Source: Octopus sinensis (lineage: Eukaryota). From it: a stretch of 64,000 bases of DNA. Below are positions 36,806-49,859 of the stretch, one piece after another. The notes below the pieces were generated by a model. It was not told the DNA's origin, made no database searches, and saw only the letters and a list, made by a program, of their open reading frames with translations. Numbering within the stretch: position 1 is the first letter of the stretch; every line of letters starts with the position of its first letter. The position numbers and the translations under genes are program-made. Where the stretch lies: positions 14,446,001 to 14,510,000 of the forward strand of contig NC_043015.1 of the NCBI RefSeq assembly GCF_006345805.1, written 5' to 3'.

Positions 36806-38159
36806 TTTCCTCCTCCACCACCACTACCACCACCATCATTTAATGTCTTCTGTGCTGGCATGAGTTGGTGCAACATAATCAGACGAAATAGAGGACTGCA
36901 TTGGGCTCTAATGTCTGTTTGATATGGTTTCTACAGCCAAATACCCTTCCTAGTGCCAACCACTTTACAGAGTGTACCAGATGCCTTTTTCATGGTACCT
37001 GCACTTGTGAGCTTGCAAAATAACACAAAAGAAAAGAAAATCCTCCTAAATTGAATGAATGTGTCAAAAAGAGGAAAGTGGCTTTGTGCCAAGGGTTGGC
37101 ACAAGTATTGAGAGACGAAAGTATAATAGAGGAAGAAAGGACAGTGTGTAAATTCACAAGGATGCGTGATGAGTACAACAGATTATTAAAGATAGGAGTA
37201 TAGGTAAATGCAGTGAAAAGTGAACAAGAGTAGAGGTATGGTTGATGGTAAATATGAGTATTGGAGTGGAAGATGAAAGAAATGGGAGTGGCTCAAGAAG
37301 GAGGTAGTAGTAGTAGTAGTTGGTTGCAGACAACAGCAGTATAATAAAAGTGTAGGTGAGAAGTAGAGAACTGATATGTGGAATGGGTGGGTATACATAC
37401 ATACATACATATACATACATACATACATACATACATACATACATACATACATAATACACACACACATACATGTATGTGTGTGTATGTGTTTATGTGTGTA
37501 TGTATGTGTGTGTATGTGTGTGAGATGTGGTGGGGTGAGGGTTGAGGGCTGGAAGTTGGATATAAAAAATAAGGAACAAGTGTTGAGTGGTTGTTAAGTA
37601 GGAGAGGTGGGAGACGAGTTGGTAGCAACTATAGAGATTGAATAAGTTTGAGGAGTGGATGTGGTGAATGGGAGATAAAGGTTGGGGGTGTGTGTGTGTA
37701 TCTGTGTGTCTTTGTGCATTCACTTTTTTAGACATGTGATGGTTGTAAAATGGCATTGTTGTCACACAAATGAGGTTGTTCAGTTCCAGTTTTCTATGGA
37801 AGATATGTATAGCTATGGGAAAATATTATCTTACCTGTTAATCAGTGAAGGTTAACAACAGGAAGTGAATTACTTGGTGACCCTGCCAGTGCTGGTGCCA
37901 CATGAAAAGCATCCAGCTGTAAAAATCATGCCAAAACCCACATCACCTGTGCTAGTGTTACATAAACAGCACTGAGTGCACTCTGTGGAGTGGTTGGTGT
38001 TAGGAAGGGCATCTAGCCATAAAATCCCTGACAAAACAGACACAGTAGCTGGGGTAGTCTTCTACCTGGCTGTCTCCTGTCAACTGCCTTACCCATGCAT
38101 GGAAGATGGACATTAAACGATGATGATAATGATGATGATGATGATGATGTATATACATA

Positions 38160-38187
<28 letters not shown>

Positions 38188-38192
<5 letters not shown>

Positions 38193-38960
38193 GGCCTGAA
38201 ATCTAAGGGTCTTAGAGATAATTTAGCAAAAACCAAAGTCCTAGTAAGTAGGAAAACAAACAATTCACAAGTCCCTTCTCAGAGATGGCCCTGCTTGATA
38301 TGTAAGAAGGGTCTAGGCAGAAACTCCATACATAGTATCCAGTGCAAGCTTTGGACACATGAGAGGTATAGCGGTATCACAGGAAGGTTAACGGAGAATA
38401 TATAGTCTTCATGTGTGGCAAATGTGCAGGTACTATAACCACTAAAAATGTGCAAGTAATAGGCTCCCTCAAATGCTCAGGGGTATCATTATTAGTAGTA
38501 GATAGTTTCTGTTACCTAGGAGACCAAGTTAGTAGTGGTGGAGGGAGTTCTGAAAGTGTGGTTGCTAGGATAAGAACAGGCTGGGCAAAGTTCAGAGAAC
38601 TTCTAACTTTGTTGGTAACTAAGGGCCTCTCCTTCAGAGTGAAGGGCAGATTGTATTATGTCTGTGTATGTACAGCTATGTTACATGGCAGTGAAACATG
38701 GGCTTTGATTACAGAGGACTTGCAAAGGCTTAAAAGAAATGAAATTAGCATGTTCCACTGGATGGGTAATGTCAATGTGTGTGTATGACAGTGTAAATGT
38801 TTTAAAAGGAAAACTGGGTATGGTATAAGAGGCATCAGATGTTGTGTGCAAGAGAGAAGACTGCACTGGTCTGGTCATGGTTTGGACAGCTGCATAAAGA
38901 AGTGCCGAGTTTTAATTGTGGAGGGTACGTGTGGAAGGGGAGATGTGGACTGAGAGATGT
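38188..38960 (+). mobile_element. Degenerate RTE LINE fragment (same family as 27268-28200)
   Basis: GRWPC..CKKG.GRNSI, VVDSFCYLGDQVSSGGG, AMLHGSETW. Confidence 0.85.
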
Positions 38961-39344
38961 GGCATGTTGCTGTACTTGATAAGACATGTCAAGCTAAGTA
39001 AAATCACTGTCCTTCACTTGTCCTTTCAGGTGCTGGTGCCACTTAAAAAGAACCCATGCTGTGTTAATGCACCCGTACCATGCTGCATAAACGCACCCGA
39101 TCTCATGTAAAAAGCACCCAACACACTCTGTTAACTGGTTGACATTAAGAAGAGCATCCAGTTGTACAGACCATGCCACAACAAACAATCGGAGTCTGGA
39201 TATCTCCATGCTAGCTAGCACCATGTTAAATTGTCCAACACATGCCAACATAGAAAGTGGATATTAAACAATGATGATGATGATGATGATGATATAGCTA
39301 GCTAGCTGTCTGTCTGTCTGTCTGTCTATCTACCTATCTATCTA

Positions 39345-39383
<39 letters not shown>

Positions 39384-39388
39384 TACTA

Positions 39389-39608
39389 TTGTGTCTGGAG
39401 AGAGTCATTGTCTTTTAGTGCCTTATAATTTAACACACTCACCGGTAAAATTTCCACTTAAAGAAAATTTTAGAAAAAAAATAAGTGGAAATTTTACCGG
39501 TGAGTGTGTTATAAGGCACTAAAAGAGAATGACTCTCCCCAGACACAAAAGAATATGCTTCAACACACGAACTCACATACAGAATCTTGCAAACCTAATC
39601 CCAAAATT

Positions 39609-39610
<2 letters not shown>
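39389..39610. repeat. Fold-back element: about 70-bp inverted arms plus a 60-bp tail between (TA)n tracts
   Basis: Arms 39389-39460 and 39482-39548 (one 5-nt indel, few mismatches), with a 21-nt A-rich spacer. Confidence 0.85.
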
Positions 39611-39677
<67 letters not shown>

Positions 39678-39678
39678 A

Positions 39679-39961
39679 ATAAAAAGCACCATCCGACCGT
39701 GGCCATTGCCAGCCTCGCCTCGCCTCCGTGCCGGTGGTACGTAAAAAGCACCATCCGACCGTGGCCATTTGCCAGCCTCATCTGGCACCTGTGCCGGTGG
39801 CACGTAAAAAGCACCCACTACACTCATGGAGTTGTTGGCGTTAGGAAGGGCATCCAGCCATAGAAACATTGTCAGATCAGACTGGGCCTGGTGCAGCCTT
39901 CTGGCTTCCCAGACCCCAGTTGCACCATCCAACCCATGCCAGCATGGAAAGCGGACGCTAA

Positions 39962-39992
<31 letters not shown>
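39679..39992 (+). mobile_element. RTE 3' (GAT)n module with minisatellite units
   Basis: aaaagcaccatccgaccgtggcc occurs twice, then cacccactacactc...aggaagggcatccagc...aaatgatgatgat. Confidence 0.8.
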
Positions 39993-39993
<1 letters not shown>

Positions 39994-40005
39994 ATATATA
40001 CATAT

Positions 40006-40104
<99 letters not shown>

Positions 40105-40190
40105 ATTCGAGACAAAACCACTATTTTGCAAAACAAACAAGGAAAGACTTAATCAATACATAAAAATTTTTAATATAAAGAAATAAACCG

Positions 40191-40233
40191 CCACTACAAT
40201 CGTTTCATGTCTTCAATGACATTCATCAGGTGG
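40191..40233 (-). ncRNA. Type-I hammerhead ribozyme (CUGAUGA)
   Basis: Minus strand: CCAC-CTGATGA-ATGTC attgaa GACAT-GAA-ACGATTGT-A-GTGG. Confidence 0.82.
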
Positions 40234-40533
40234 ATTTTCGATCTAAAATATCAATATATTAAAATATAAGTTTAAAATAATAAAATTATCAATGAAAAAT
40301 ATAAATATTTTTTTGTTTTTTTGTTTTTTGTTTTTTGTACATCTTTAAATATGAGAACTTTAATAATAGGTTTCTTTATATTCAATTGTTTATAGGGTTT
40401 ATTTTAGATTATATATTGATTACATATAGATTATATATAGATTATATATAGATTATATATATTTATATTTTTCATTGATAATTTTATTATTTTAAACTTA
40501 TATTTTAATATATTGATATTTTAGATCGAAAAT

Positions 40534-40576
40534 CCACCTGACGAATGTCATTGAAGACATGAAACGATTGTAGTGG
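40534..40576 (+). ncRNA. Type-I hammerhead ribozyme (CUGACGA)
   Basis: CCAC-CTGACGA-ATGTC attgaa GACAT-GAA-ACGATTGT-A-GTGG. Confidence 0.82.
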
Positions 40577-40753
40577 CGGTTTATTTCTTTATATTAAAAA
40601 TTTTTATGTATTGATTAAGTCTTTCCTTGTTTGTTTTGCAAAATAGTGGTTTTGTCTCGAATTATATTATATAATATTTTACTATAAAATTGGATTTAAT
40701 CCTAAATCTGATTTTTCCCTGTAAATTTGGATTTATTCCCTAATATTTATTAT

Positions 40754-40816
<63 letters not shown>

Positions 40817-41819
40817 TATATATATATATGCATATGTGGTACAGGGTGTCACCAATGGTGCAAATAACATGAAATACATAAACAACAAGAACAAAAAGAA
40901 AAAAGGAAAACAGGACGAGTAAACACAGAGAAAGGACCCTTCATCAGTTGTTGGCTGTCTATCTACTCTTCATTTTGAGCATTCAATGACAAATTTAGGA
41001 TTTATGGAAGGTCAAAGTTGGGAACAAAAAATTGGCAGTGGAGACATATAAGGAAACTGAACGAAAACAAACATGGAGAGTCAATAGACCAGAAGAAGAG
41101 GGAAATAGTGCATGCTGGGAGAAACATTTTTTTGAAAAGAGAAAACATAGAAGAGAGAGAGTAAAACACGTCCGTTCTTTTAAATGTCCGTGCAGGAAAA
41201 GAAAGATGGTCACATGAGGAAAAAAAAGATGGACGATGGTCGCATGTGAGCAATGAGAAAGAGAGAGAGAAAAAGAGAAAGAGGGGAGAGAGACAGACAG
41301 ACAGAAAGAAAATTGTGAAGGAGGGAGGGGAGAAAAAGGGAGTTAGAGAAGGAAGGAGGAAGAAAATAGTAATATATATATATATATAGTCTTTTTCACA
41401 GTAACCACAAACTGGATGTGTCTATTCACCTTCAACAATAGAGAACAGTCACCATATTTCATCCCATAATGGCTACCACTGAAGAGCATAGGGTTACATA
41501 AGTGGACAGTTACCTAACACTTCTGTAAATCCCTAGTTCAAAAAGGATTGGTTAGATCAGGTGTAATGGATATATAATACTGTACACTTCGATTAATATA
41601 TCCACTCTACTGACAGAAATATAAGTGCGTTTTTTCCTGACTTATGGACTTACGTGCACATGGCTTACACACACATGCACAAGCTCCCACAAACTGCAAA
41701 GTCTATTGCAATAGGTCGTCTACATCTTGTACCGTATAGCTGCATTTCCCAGTGGTGCAATCTACATACTCAACTCTTACCACAGATATTATACAGCTGT
41801 TACAATAGAATTGTATGAC

Positions 41820-43520
41820 CTAGGATATTCAACAAAGAATACCCAACTTCATCAAATGAGCTTTATACAAGGCTGATGTTGGAGAAGATGATCAACCTGG
41901 TCAGGTGAACGAGATGGAAGGACTTTTTCTTTGACCATTTGAAACCACCTCTCTATGGAGACTGAACTCTTTGGATTGAAATCCAAGAAGTTCCCACCAA
42001 AGATCAAGGAACTGGAGGCCTTTGAGAATGATCTGTAGGACATTATACCCCACCTGAAATTCTACAAGTCCTCAAATACTTTCTAACATAAACTTAGAAC
42101 AGACATCCACAGACTTAGATCTTCTGATAGGACACTTCTACTCTCCATTGAGACTAAAAATCTATATAGAGTAAGTAACAACACATATGCATAGCTACAC
42201 AAACAGATGGGAGGGCTGCCCCTCAGGCTTATGACAGCATTAACTATGAGGCCAAATATATAGTGGTTAACACTTCCGTTACTGAATTTATTTTGAGATG
42301 CTATGTGTTTCTTTCAATTATTTTAGATGTAACACTTGCTCACTTGTCTGATCTCAGACTTCACAGGGCTTATCATCCTGCACTTGCGGTTAGAGGCAAA
42401 GTTAGCTTTATGTTCCTTGATTGTAATAAAGGCTTCTTTCTTCACAAGTGTCTCTAGACCTAATTTAACCCTTTCGTTACCAACCTGGCTGAAACTGGCT
42501 CTGGCTATGTAGTACAAATGCCTTGTTTTCATAAATTTTCAAGAATTTAGTAAAATAACTTTGTTATCATTAAGCTATTGTTAGGAACATAAATTGTGAC
42601 TAAGGTTTGGTGGAAGATTTTAATTCAAAATTTATGAAAACAAGGCATTTGTACTACATAGCCAGAGCCAGTTTCAGCCAGGTTGGTAACGAAAGGGTTA
42701 AATTAGGTCTAGAGACACTTGTGAAGAAAGAAGCCTTTATTACAATCAAGGAACATAAAGCTAACTTTGCCTCTAACCGCAAGTGCAGGATGATAAACCC
42801 TGTGAAGTCTGAGATCATACAAGTGAGCAAATAGCTCATCAGGAAGAAAATAACTGTGTTAGAAGTGCTTCTGGCCTCACCCTATGGTGTAACACCAGCA
42901 AGGTCATAACATGGTTTAAAACCAATAGCAGAAGGGATAGATCTAGGTTTACCTAATTCAGTATAGTAGAGTTTTACCCATCTATATTGAGGGAATTCCT
43001 TTTTAATGCACTGGACTTCACTAGGTCCTACACTGAAGTTAGTGACAAGGACATACACATTATCATTTTTGTCAGAAGAACCCTCTCTTCAGTAAGGGGT
43101 TGGCCTGAGCCAAAAAAACTGACCCAGAAGACTCCTTCAACATGGCAATGGGGATTTTCAACAGTACTGACGTATGTGACCTCATTGGTTTCTTCATCCT
43201 AGATTTACTCAGAAAGATGTTCTCTTTCCCTAGCTTTGACATGCTGGAAATGTCAAGAGGGGCAAATGGCTATATTCTAGAGAAGCTTAGAAAGGACCTC
43301 ACCGGCACTATGAATTCTTTGGACTGAAGGTTCCGATAGAAACCAACCTGAAAATGGTGGATTGGTACCTATAGACACTTTAGGAAGCCAAATAAGAATC
43401 TACCATATATTAACACAGGTTCCTGTCAGCCAGCCATAGGTTTCAAGAACCTGATTAAAGGCATCAGCAGAAGAATCCTCCACCTAAATCTCAAGCAAAG
43501 AGATTTTTGATGCTGCCACA
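41820..43520 (+). mobile_element. Highly degenerate Penelope-like RT (third PLE lineage); boundaries approximate
   Basis: YDSINYEAK...EAFITIKEHKANF..NRKCRMINPVKSEI..VSK, LWCNTSKVITWFK, and EFYPSI across several frames. Confidence 0.7.
42267..42701. mobile_element. piggyBac-type MITE (TTAA target) carrying an internal inverted duplication
   Basis: TTAA at 42267-70 and 42698-701, right end cgaaagggTTAA. Removing it restores PLE KYIVVKLGLETLV. A related partial copy is at 63098-63300. Confidence 0.75.
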
Positions 43521-44299
43521 GGACAACAAACGTTAACATTTGTTGTCCTCTTTAAACAATCATATATCTGCTATATCAGAAATCTGCAATGGCTCCATAA
43601 CTACCGTCTCAGCTATAATTTTGGAACCCTAATAATCCGTTACATCACTTACCTAGCATACCTAATCGTTTAGATCAACTGTAAACTAAACCCCAATATT
43701 TTGTATATGTATCAATATCATATATATTAGTGGGATCTTTGAATATTTCAAAGAATTAATGGTAAACCTATTGGGTTATTTCTGAAAATTTTATCCAAAA
43801 AACCTGAAAGTGTAGCCTTTGTTGTGTCTGTATCAGAAGATAGTCACTCATCTGCTAATCATTGAAGGAAATTGAAGTACAATGATTACTTAATGCACTT
43901 TATATACTTTATGCACAATTTTATAGACTTAATACATAGCACTCATAAAATAAATATTCTCTCTTATTTTTCCATTTTACCCATAAACACAAGAAATATT
44001 CCGTACATGATACAACCTTTAGTTTAACTGAATGTATCTGCCATGTAAATAAGTGTGCATATTTCACGGAATTGCACTTATGTGCATACATTAAGTGATA
44101 GGATATAAAAAACTTAGTTCAATTAAAAAAAACATACACTTTTCACTATCCAATCACCACCACCACCACCAACTCCATCTATACTATCATCACCTCCATT
44201 TCCACCACCACCACTCTCTCTGCTTTTCTTTAATCTCACCCTCTGCTAAAATTACATTTTTAACTCTCCTTCAACTAACTTTTTTAACCATGTACTAAA

Positions 44300-44523
44300 T
44301 ATTTGTCTTTATTGGCCACAGGGGGCTAAATATAGAGGGGACAAACAAGGATAGAAAAAGGGATTAAGTCAATTACATCGACCCCAGTGCATAACTGGTA
44401 CTTATTTAATTGACCCTGAAAGGATGTACGACCTCGGCGAAATTTGAATTCAGAACCTAATGGCAGGTGGAATACCACTAAGCATTTCACCCGCCATGCT
44501 GTTTCTGCCAGCTCGCCGCCTTT
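44300..44523 (-). mobile_element. tRNA-derived SINE
   Basis: Minus strand: aaggcggcgagctggcagaaacagc...ctgaattcaaatttcgccgaggtcg...ttagccccctgtggcc. Confidence 0.8.
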
Positions 44524-44841
44524 AACCATGTAATAAATATTACGTCCTCCTACCTCATGTCATAGGTGCTTCTCTCTCCCACTTTGTCTCACTCTTCACC
44601 TTATCCACTTTTTCTCTTTCCTTTTTCTTTCTCCTCTCTTTCCCTTGAACTAATCACATGAAAGTGTTACAATTACATTCCGTCTACCTCATGTTATAGA
44701 CGCTTCTCTCTCCTTCAATTTTCTCTCTCTCTTTTTCTCTAATCACATATAAACATTACCAATGGGCTAAGTAATGTAATGACAAGCAGAATTATTATAA
44801 TATATATGTATATATCAATATGTTATATATATATACACATA

Positions 44842-44996
44842 TCAATTAAAATTTTCGAAAAAATTTTATCAATGGCCAGCATATTAAAAAAATACCTTTA
44901 AAGGTTAAATTTAGAAACAACTTATAAACAAGGGCAAAAGAAAAAAATTTCAATGCATTGAAATTGTTTTCTCTTGCCCTTGTTTATAAGTTGTTT
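44842..44996. repeat. Fold-back element: 41-bp inverted arms (2 mismatches, no spacer) plus a tail between (TA)n tracts
   Basis: Arms 44915-44955 and 44956-44996 are centred on tttcaatg|cattgaaa. The tail covers about 44842-44914. Confidence 0.88.
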
Positions 44997-45269
44997 ATAT
45001 ATATATATATATATACATATGGTTCTCTCCTTTCATCATTCCAGAAGTCCTGAACGAGTCAGGCTCACATTAGGGGCCTGTGAAACTTGAAGTAGCACAG
45101 AACCAAATCAAACTATTTTAAATAACACACACACATTCATATACAGGATATTTGGGTTAAATTTTACAGCTTGCATAAAAGGAAACAAAAACATAATATC
45201 CCAACCAAAAATAAAAGTATTTTAAAATATCTAAAAGTATTAAGTAGATTATGGCTGGGAGATAACAGT

Positions 45270-45650
45270 TTACTCAAAGCACCTGTTTCTCAGCTTCTAC
45301 AACTGCCTCTAGTTGGCTCCAGAACCTGGCACATGTGTTCCTCACTGTCTCCCTAGGAAAATCTTCAAACCTTTCCTTGGTCTTCACCACTAGCTCGACC
45401 TTGATGTTGCAGGCAGAGTGGTTGGTGTCATTCTCTACCATGCCCCATACATAGTAATCCATAGGATTACAACTGGGAGGATTAGAAGGCCAGAAATTGG
45501 GGCTGGTGAAGTCATGTACATTCTCCAACAACTTCTGACCGTTTCTGGAGGTATGGCAAGGAGCTGAACCCTGCTGTCACACATGGCTTTCTAGCAGTAA
45601 TGCTCTTCAGCCAGGATATGACCACAGTCTCCAGCAGCTTCACATAGCTG
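45270..45650 (-). mobile_element. Tc1/mariner transposase C-terminal fragment
   Basis: FWPSNPPSCNPMDYYVWGMVE...CARFWSQLEAVVEAE. Confidence 0.75.
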
Positions 45651-45814
45651 TCTTATACATGTGGCATGTGTGATTATGTGTGTATCCAAATACTTCTATA
45701 TCTCTGTGTGTTTGAATATGTATCAAAGTGTACTTGCATTACATGTACTTTCATATATCTTTATATATGTTCATGTGATTGTATGTATATGTGTATGTGC
45801 ACATATATATACAC

Positions 45815-45846
<32 letters not shown>

Positions 45847-48414
45847 GCATGTATGCATCTATGTGTTGGTTGCCTCTCCTATCTTCCTTCAACATTTTAC
45901 AAGTCTATTGGTTTTCTCCTCCACAAACATTCATCACTGCCTCTTACTCCTCCCCCTCTACTTCTATATTTTTCTTCTCCCACCACTCCTAATTTATTTA
46001 TCCTTCAATCCATCAAACATCTTATCTTCTCTCTGATGAAATGTTTTTGCTGAATCATTAGACTTCTTTCTCATGCTAGAGATTTATTTCACAGGTTGTA
46101 CTCTTCAAATTACTATTTACAAATGCAAAACAGCACTAGTTTCCTCAGTTATGTATTTATAGTTTAATACAGTAACTAATCAATAATACCAGCATAAATC
46201 TGATTATAGACACCTACTAATAGTATATGCAACCAGCTTATTGAAAATAGTGGAGTACAAAAAGCAACTGTGTTGAACAACTAAACACTTCATTTCTGCC
46301 TTGATTCAATTGGTTGAATCACATTTAAAGCCCTTTTTTCATTATAGAACACATATTAAGTTGCATGACAGTAAATTAAACAAGTTCAGTATAATTTTGA
46401 ATAGGTGAAAGCTTGTTTTCTTCTGAACAGAATCCATAGTCTACTTTTCTACTCTTGAATATTCTTAATTATTACTTTAATGTGGCCTCCCTCAACTTTC
46501 CATTTCTTGATTTCTAAGCCATAGCCCTAATTATTGAATCTTGTAACACATTTGGTCTTTATACAATATCTCAGTTTTCCAAGCATGAGAGAAGTTGAAC
46601 ACAGCACTTCAAATTAATGAAGCACTCACAGCTGCTTACAATGGAAAAATCTATTTTGTGCTTTTATAAATTACTTTTCCAAAGTAATTTATGCAAAAAA
46701 TCTTTCACACAGAAACTGAGTCCATACGATAAACAAATTTTCTATTAGAAGCTGAGAAAATAATGTTGCTTTAGGTAAAAATGCTAGATGTACTGAACCA
46801 TTGAAACTTATTCTATATGCAATGTGGCCATGGTAAGGTCTTATAGAGGGAAGTAGCTGACTGGAAGTGAGATGCAGAAAAGCATTGTTTGTGTTCTTTT
46901 TATGTGAAAATGCCAAGAGAATGTGTGCAAAACAGTTTGGTTGCATCTTGTTATTTTTTCTCACTGGTTGCTAACTAGGCTACAAAGTTCAATTGTCTAG
47001 TCTATGTTAGCTGCAATTTCAAACAGACTAGTCACCAATTCATGGCTGTCAGCTGGTAGGAAATTGCTGAGACAATAGTGTCATTGTTAAATATAATTTG
47101 TTGTAGCAGAGTTGGCATCTGCAGTATTTGTATTTTCATTGGGCATTCTCACTTTGAAGTGGTTGCGAGACTTTTTGCTGTTGAATTTAGTAATTTTTAG
47201 TGGTGGTATTGGCATCAAGTTTTCCATAGTGTCTTTGGTTTAACTGAATTGATGTAGCATCTTTTGGCAGCCATTTCTAATGACATGGTTTCCAGTGTAA
47301 CTTAATTAAATGTCAATGTCGCCAATTTGAAGTATATTTGAGCATCAGATTCACAAAATATAGACTGTAGTTCCATGTTAGACACCAATATTACCAATGT
47401 AACTTACTCTGACTGTCATTTCTAGCATTGGGGTCTCCAATGTGGAAGCTTGATTAAATGTCAGGGTTGCCAATGTTGAAGCTGGTTGAATGGCTGGTGA
47501 ATATTTGGTAATGTTGCATGTTGTTACCCATATTAAAATCAAGGCTGTTTGAAACTTTCAATAAATCATTTATTTGCATAAAAATATAGGCTATATTACT
47601 AGTAGTAAGTTATGTATGTATGTTGGCTATCAGAGCACTACATCATCATGTAGGGCAAGAGGTGAAAATTAAGAATATCTTGTGTCATTGCTTGGAGAAG
47701 TGAGAATATTATATTCATGGCAGACAAAGCAATTCTTCTTAATCTGAGGTCAAGCAGCTGATCAAGAATCCTGTCTGCCTGTCTCCTCTGTGACCTCTTA
47801 ACCACTGCTTCTCTGTTTCTACTGCATGTCTCATCTCTCTACTCTGAAACATGCACCTCAATTTACGGTTATGTTTTGGTAGGAAACTCAAGAAAATTTT
47901 CTTTCAAAATCATATAATCAAATGATTGTAACTAAAATACAAGTGGCCAGAATCCAGGGCAAGCCACTTGATGTGTTGTGTCCAATTTGTCATTACTGAG
48001 CTGATATAGTTTCAAATCTAAGCCCCAATACAAGTCCGTTGAGCACAATAATTATTAGTAATAATAAAATATTGAAAACAAGTCAAATTATCATCACAGT
48101 CTGTTAGTAGAAACTTATGAAAAATTCATTAGGGTATATTGGCAGTTGTATAGGAAGGCCACATCATCTCATTATATCGCCTCCCCCAGTATACATAGCC
48201 CACACCATATATGTCTTACATTATTTACTGATTGTGCTATGTTTAAGATGATTTAAATTATTTAAATGGAAATCTTTCTTGAAAGGATGGAAAGAATATT
48301 AATAAATTTTTATCTACCTATCAGCCATTTGCAATGAGTGGATGACAACAAAACTATAGCAATAGTCACCACCCTGGTGGTCGATTGCGGTTATGCAAAA
48401 TATCACAGTCAGAA

Positions 48415-48940
48415 ATAATAATAATAATAATAATAATAATAATTGTGTACAGTGCTCAGGTGCACTACAACTCATCTAAAGTGTATATATAATCAGGTGT
48501 AGTTTCGGCGGATTTCGGAAAGCATGAGGGCCTTAAAAGATGCAGTCAACAACTGACGCAGGCAGTTTATTCCATGCTTCAGCAACTCTGAGCGTGAAAA
48601 AATGTTTCCGAAAGTCATGGGAGCTGTATTGTTTTCTGACTTTGTAGGCATGTCCACGTGTGTTAGACACATGGAGATCAAAAAGGTGTTCAGTGTTGTT
48701 GTTGGTGAGGTGGTTGATAACTTTGTGGGTGTTTACCAAGTCCGTCACCAAACGCCGGAGCTTCAGTGAATCCATGCCCAGGGAAACAAGGCGCTCAGAA
48801 TATGGTAGGTGTCTGATGGAGGGTATGCGTTTGGTTGCACGTCTCTGGACAGATTCCAGGAGGTCAATGTTCTGTGCAAGATAGGGGTTCCAAACTGATG
48901 ATGCGAATTCCAAGTGTGGTTTTAATCCGTGTTTTAACCT
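48415..48940 (-). mobile_element. CR1-clade LINE 3' end
   Basis: PHLEFASSVWNP...LESVQRRATK...YSERL...NTRGH.YK...FFTLRVAEAWNKLP, followed by an (ATT)n tail. Confidence 0.85.
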
Positions 48941-49560
48941 TCTGTGTGACAATTCACTTGACCAAAACATAAACTACTATACAGTTACTTTGAAAGAAGA
49001 TAAAACTGAGACATGGTACTCTGATTACAGATTTATATAAAATAAATTTATGATTTTACACTTTATTCTAGTATAATGTCACAACATTGAATTTACATGC
49101 ACAGATATTTTTTATCCTATAAAACTTTCAAATATTGTTCAATAAATGTACAATGGCACAAACTGAGTTCACTTTTTCAACTAAAAGATTTATAAAATAA
49201 GGGTGTGTCTTATATGCTAGCTAAAACGGCAATTGATTTTATTGGAGTTAGCTCGCTTGTTATTAAATTTTAAACACACCGAGGGAATTTTTGTCCACCA
49301 GTTGCATCGATAATCTTGGTTAATCAAATTTTTTTAAAACTCACTGTCTATTGTAAGGGAGAGACCCTGCTGTTGCCATACTTTATACTGTTGGAATAGT
49401 CTTCACTTCGTTATCTAGTATTTGACAATTTTTGCTCGATGTCTTTCTGTTAGTGATGACATTCTCAGAAAACTCGTTCCTCACCTTTATACGAGTTTCA
49501 TAAAAACTAATTGCAACAACTACTGAGGCACTGAACTGAACAGCTTCTAAAGCTTGAATT

Positions 49561-49750
49561 AGCCGTATTTCGTCTGCCGCTACGTTCTGAGTTCAAATTC
49601 CGCCGAGGTCGACTTTGCCTTTCATCCTTTCTGGGTCGATTAAATAAGTACCAGTTACGCACTGGGTCGATGTAATTGACTTAATCCGTTCGTCTGTCCT
49701 TGTTTGTCCCCTCCGTGTTTAGCCCCTTGTGGGTAGTAAAGAAATAGGTA
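49561..49750 (+). mobile_element. tRNA-derived SINE, 5'-truncated, CpG-rich (young)
   Basis: gtatttcgtctgccgctacgttctgagttcaaattccgccgaggtcgac...gtaaagaaataggta. Confidence 0.85.
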
Positions 49751-49859
49751 TAATATGCTAACTAAACAAATACGAACAAACAACGCAGCTGTTCAATGTG
49801 AATTGCGTCACAAATTGTTGGCAGGATTCGGTCTAGAGTTAAGTCCCTTGAAACTGTCA

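Larger units (their letters stand above)
40094..40758 (+). mobile_element. Non-coding HHR-bearing PLE-type element with about 215-bp inverted arms
   Basis: Arms are 40094-40308 and 40459-40672. The right arm extends by a tail of about 85 nt that matches the reverse complement of 14291-14375. Flanks are (TA)n. Confidence 0.85.

Noticed and set aside
40930-40990. CTGATGAAGG on the minus strand as a possible hammerhead
   Set aside because: No downstream GAAA with a closable helix II. The upstream candidate reads CAAAA and helix I does not pair convincingly.
46689-47540. Non-repetitive, coding-looking minus-strand region including ORF 46689-46964
   Set aside because: Multiple stops, no recognisable domain, and no exon I could link in phase to the candidate divergent gene.
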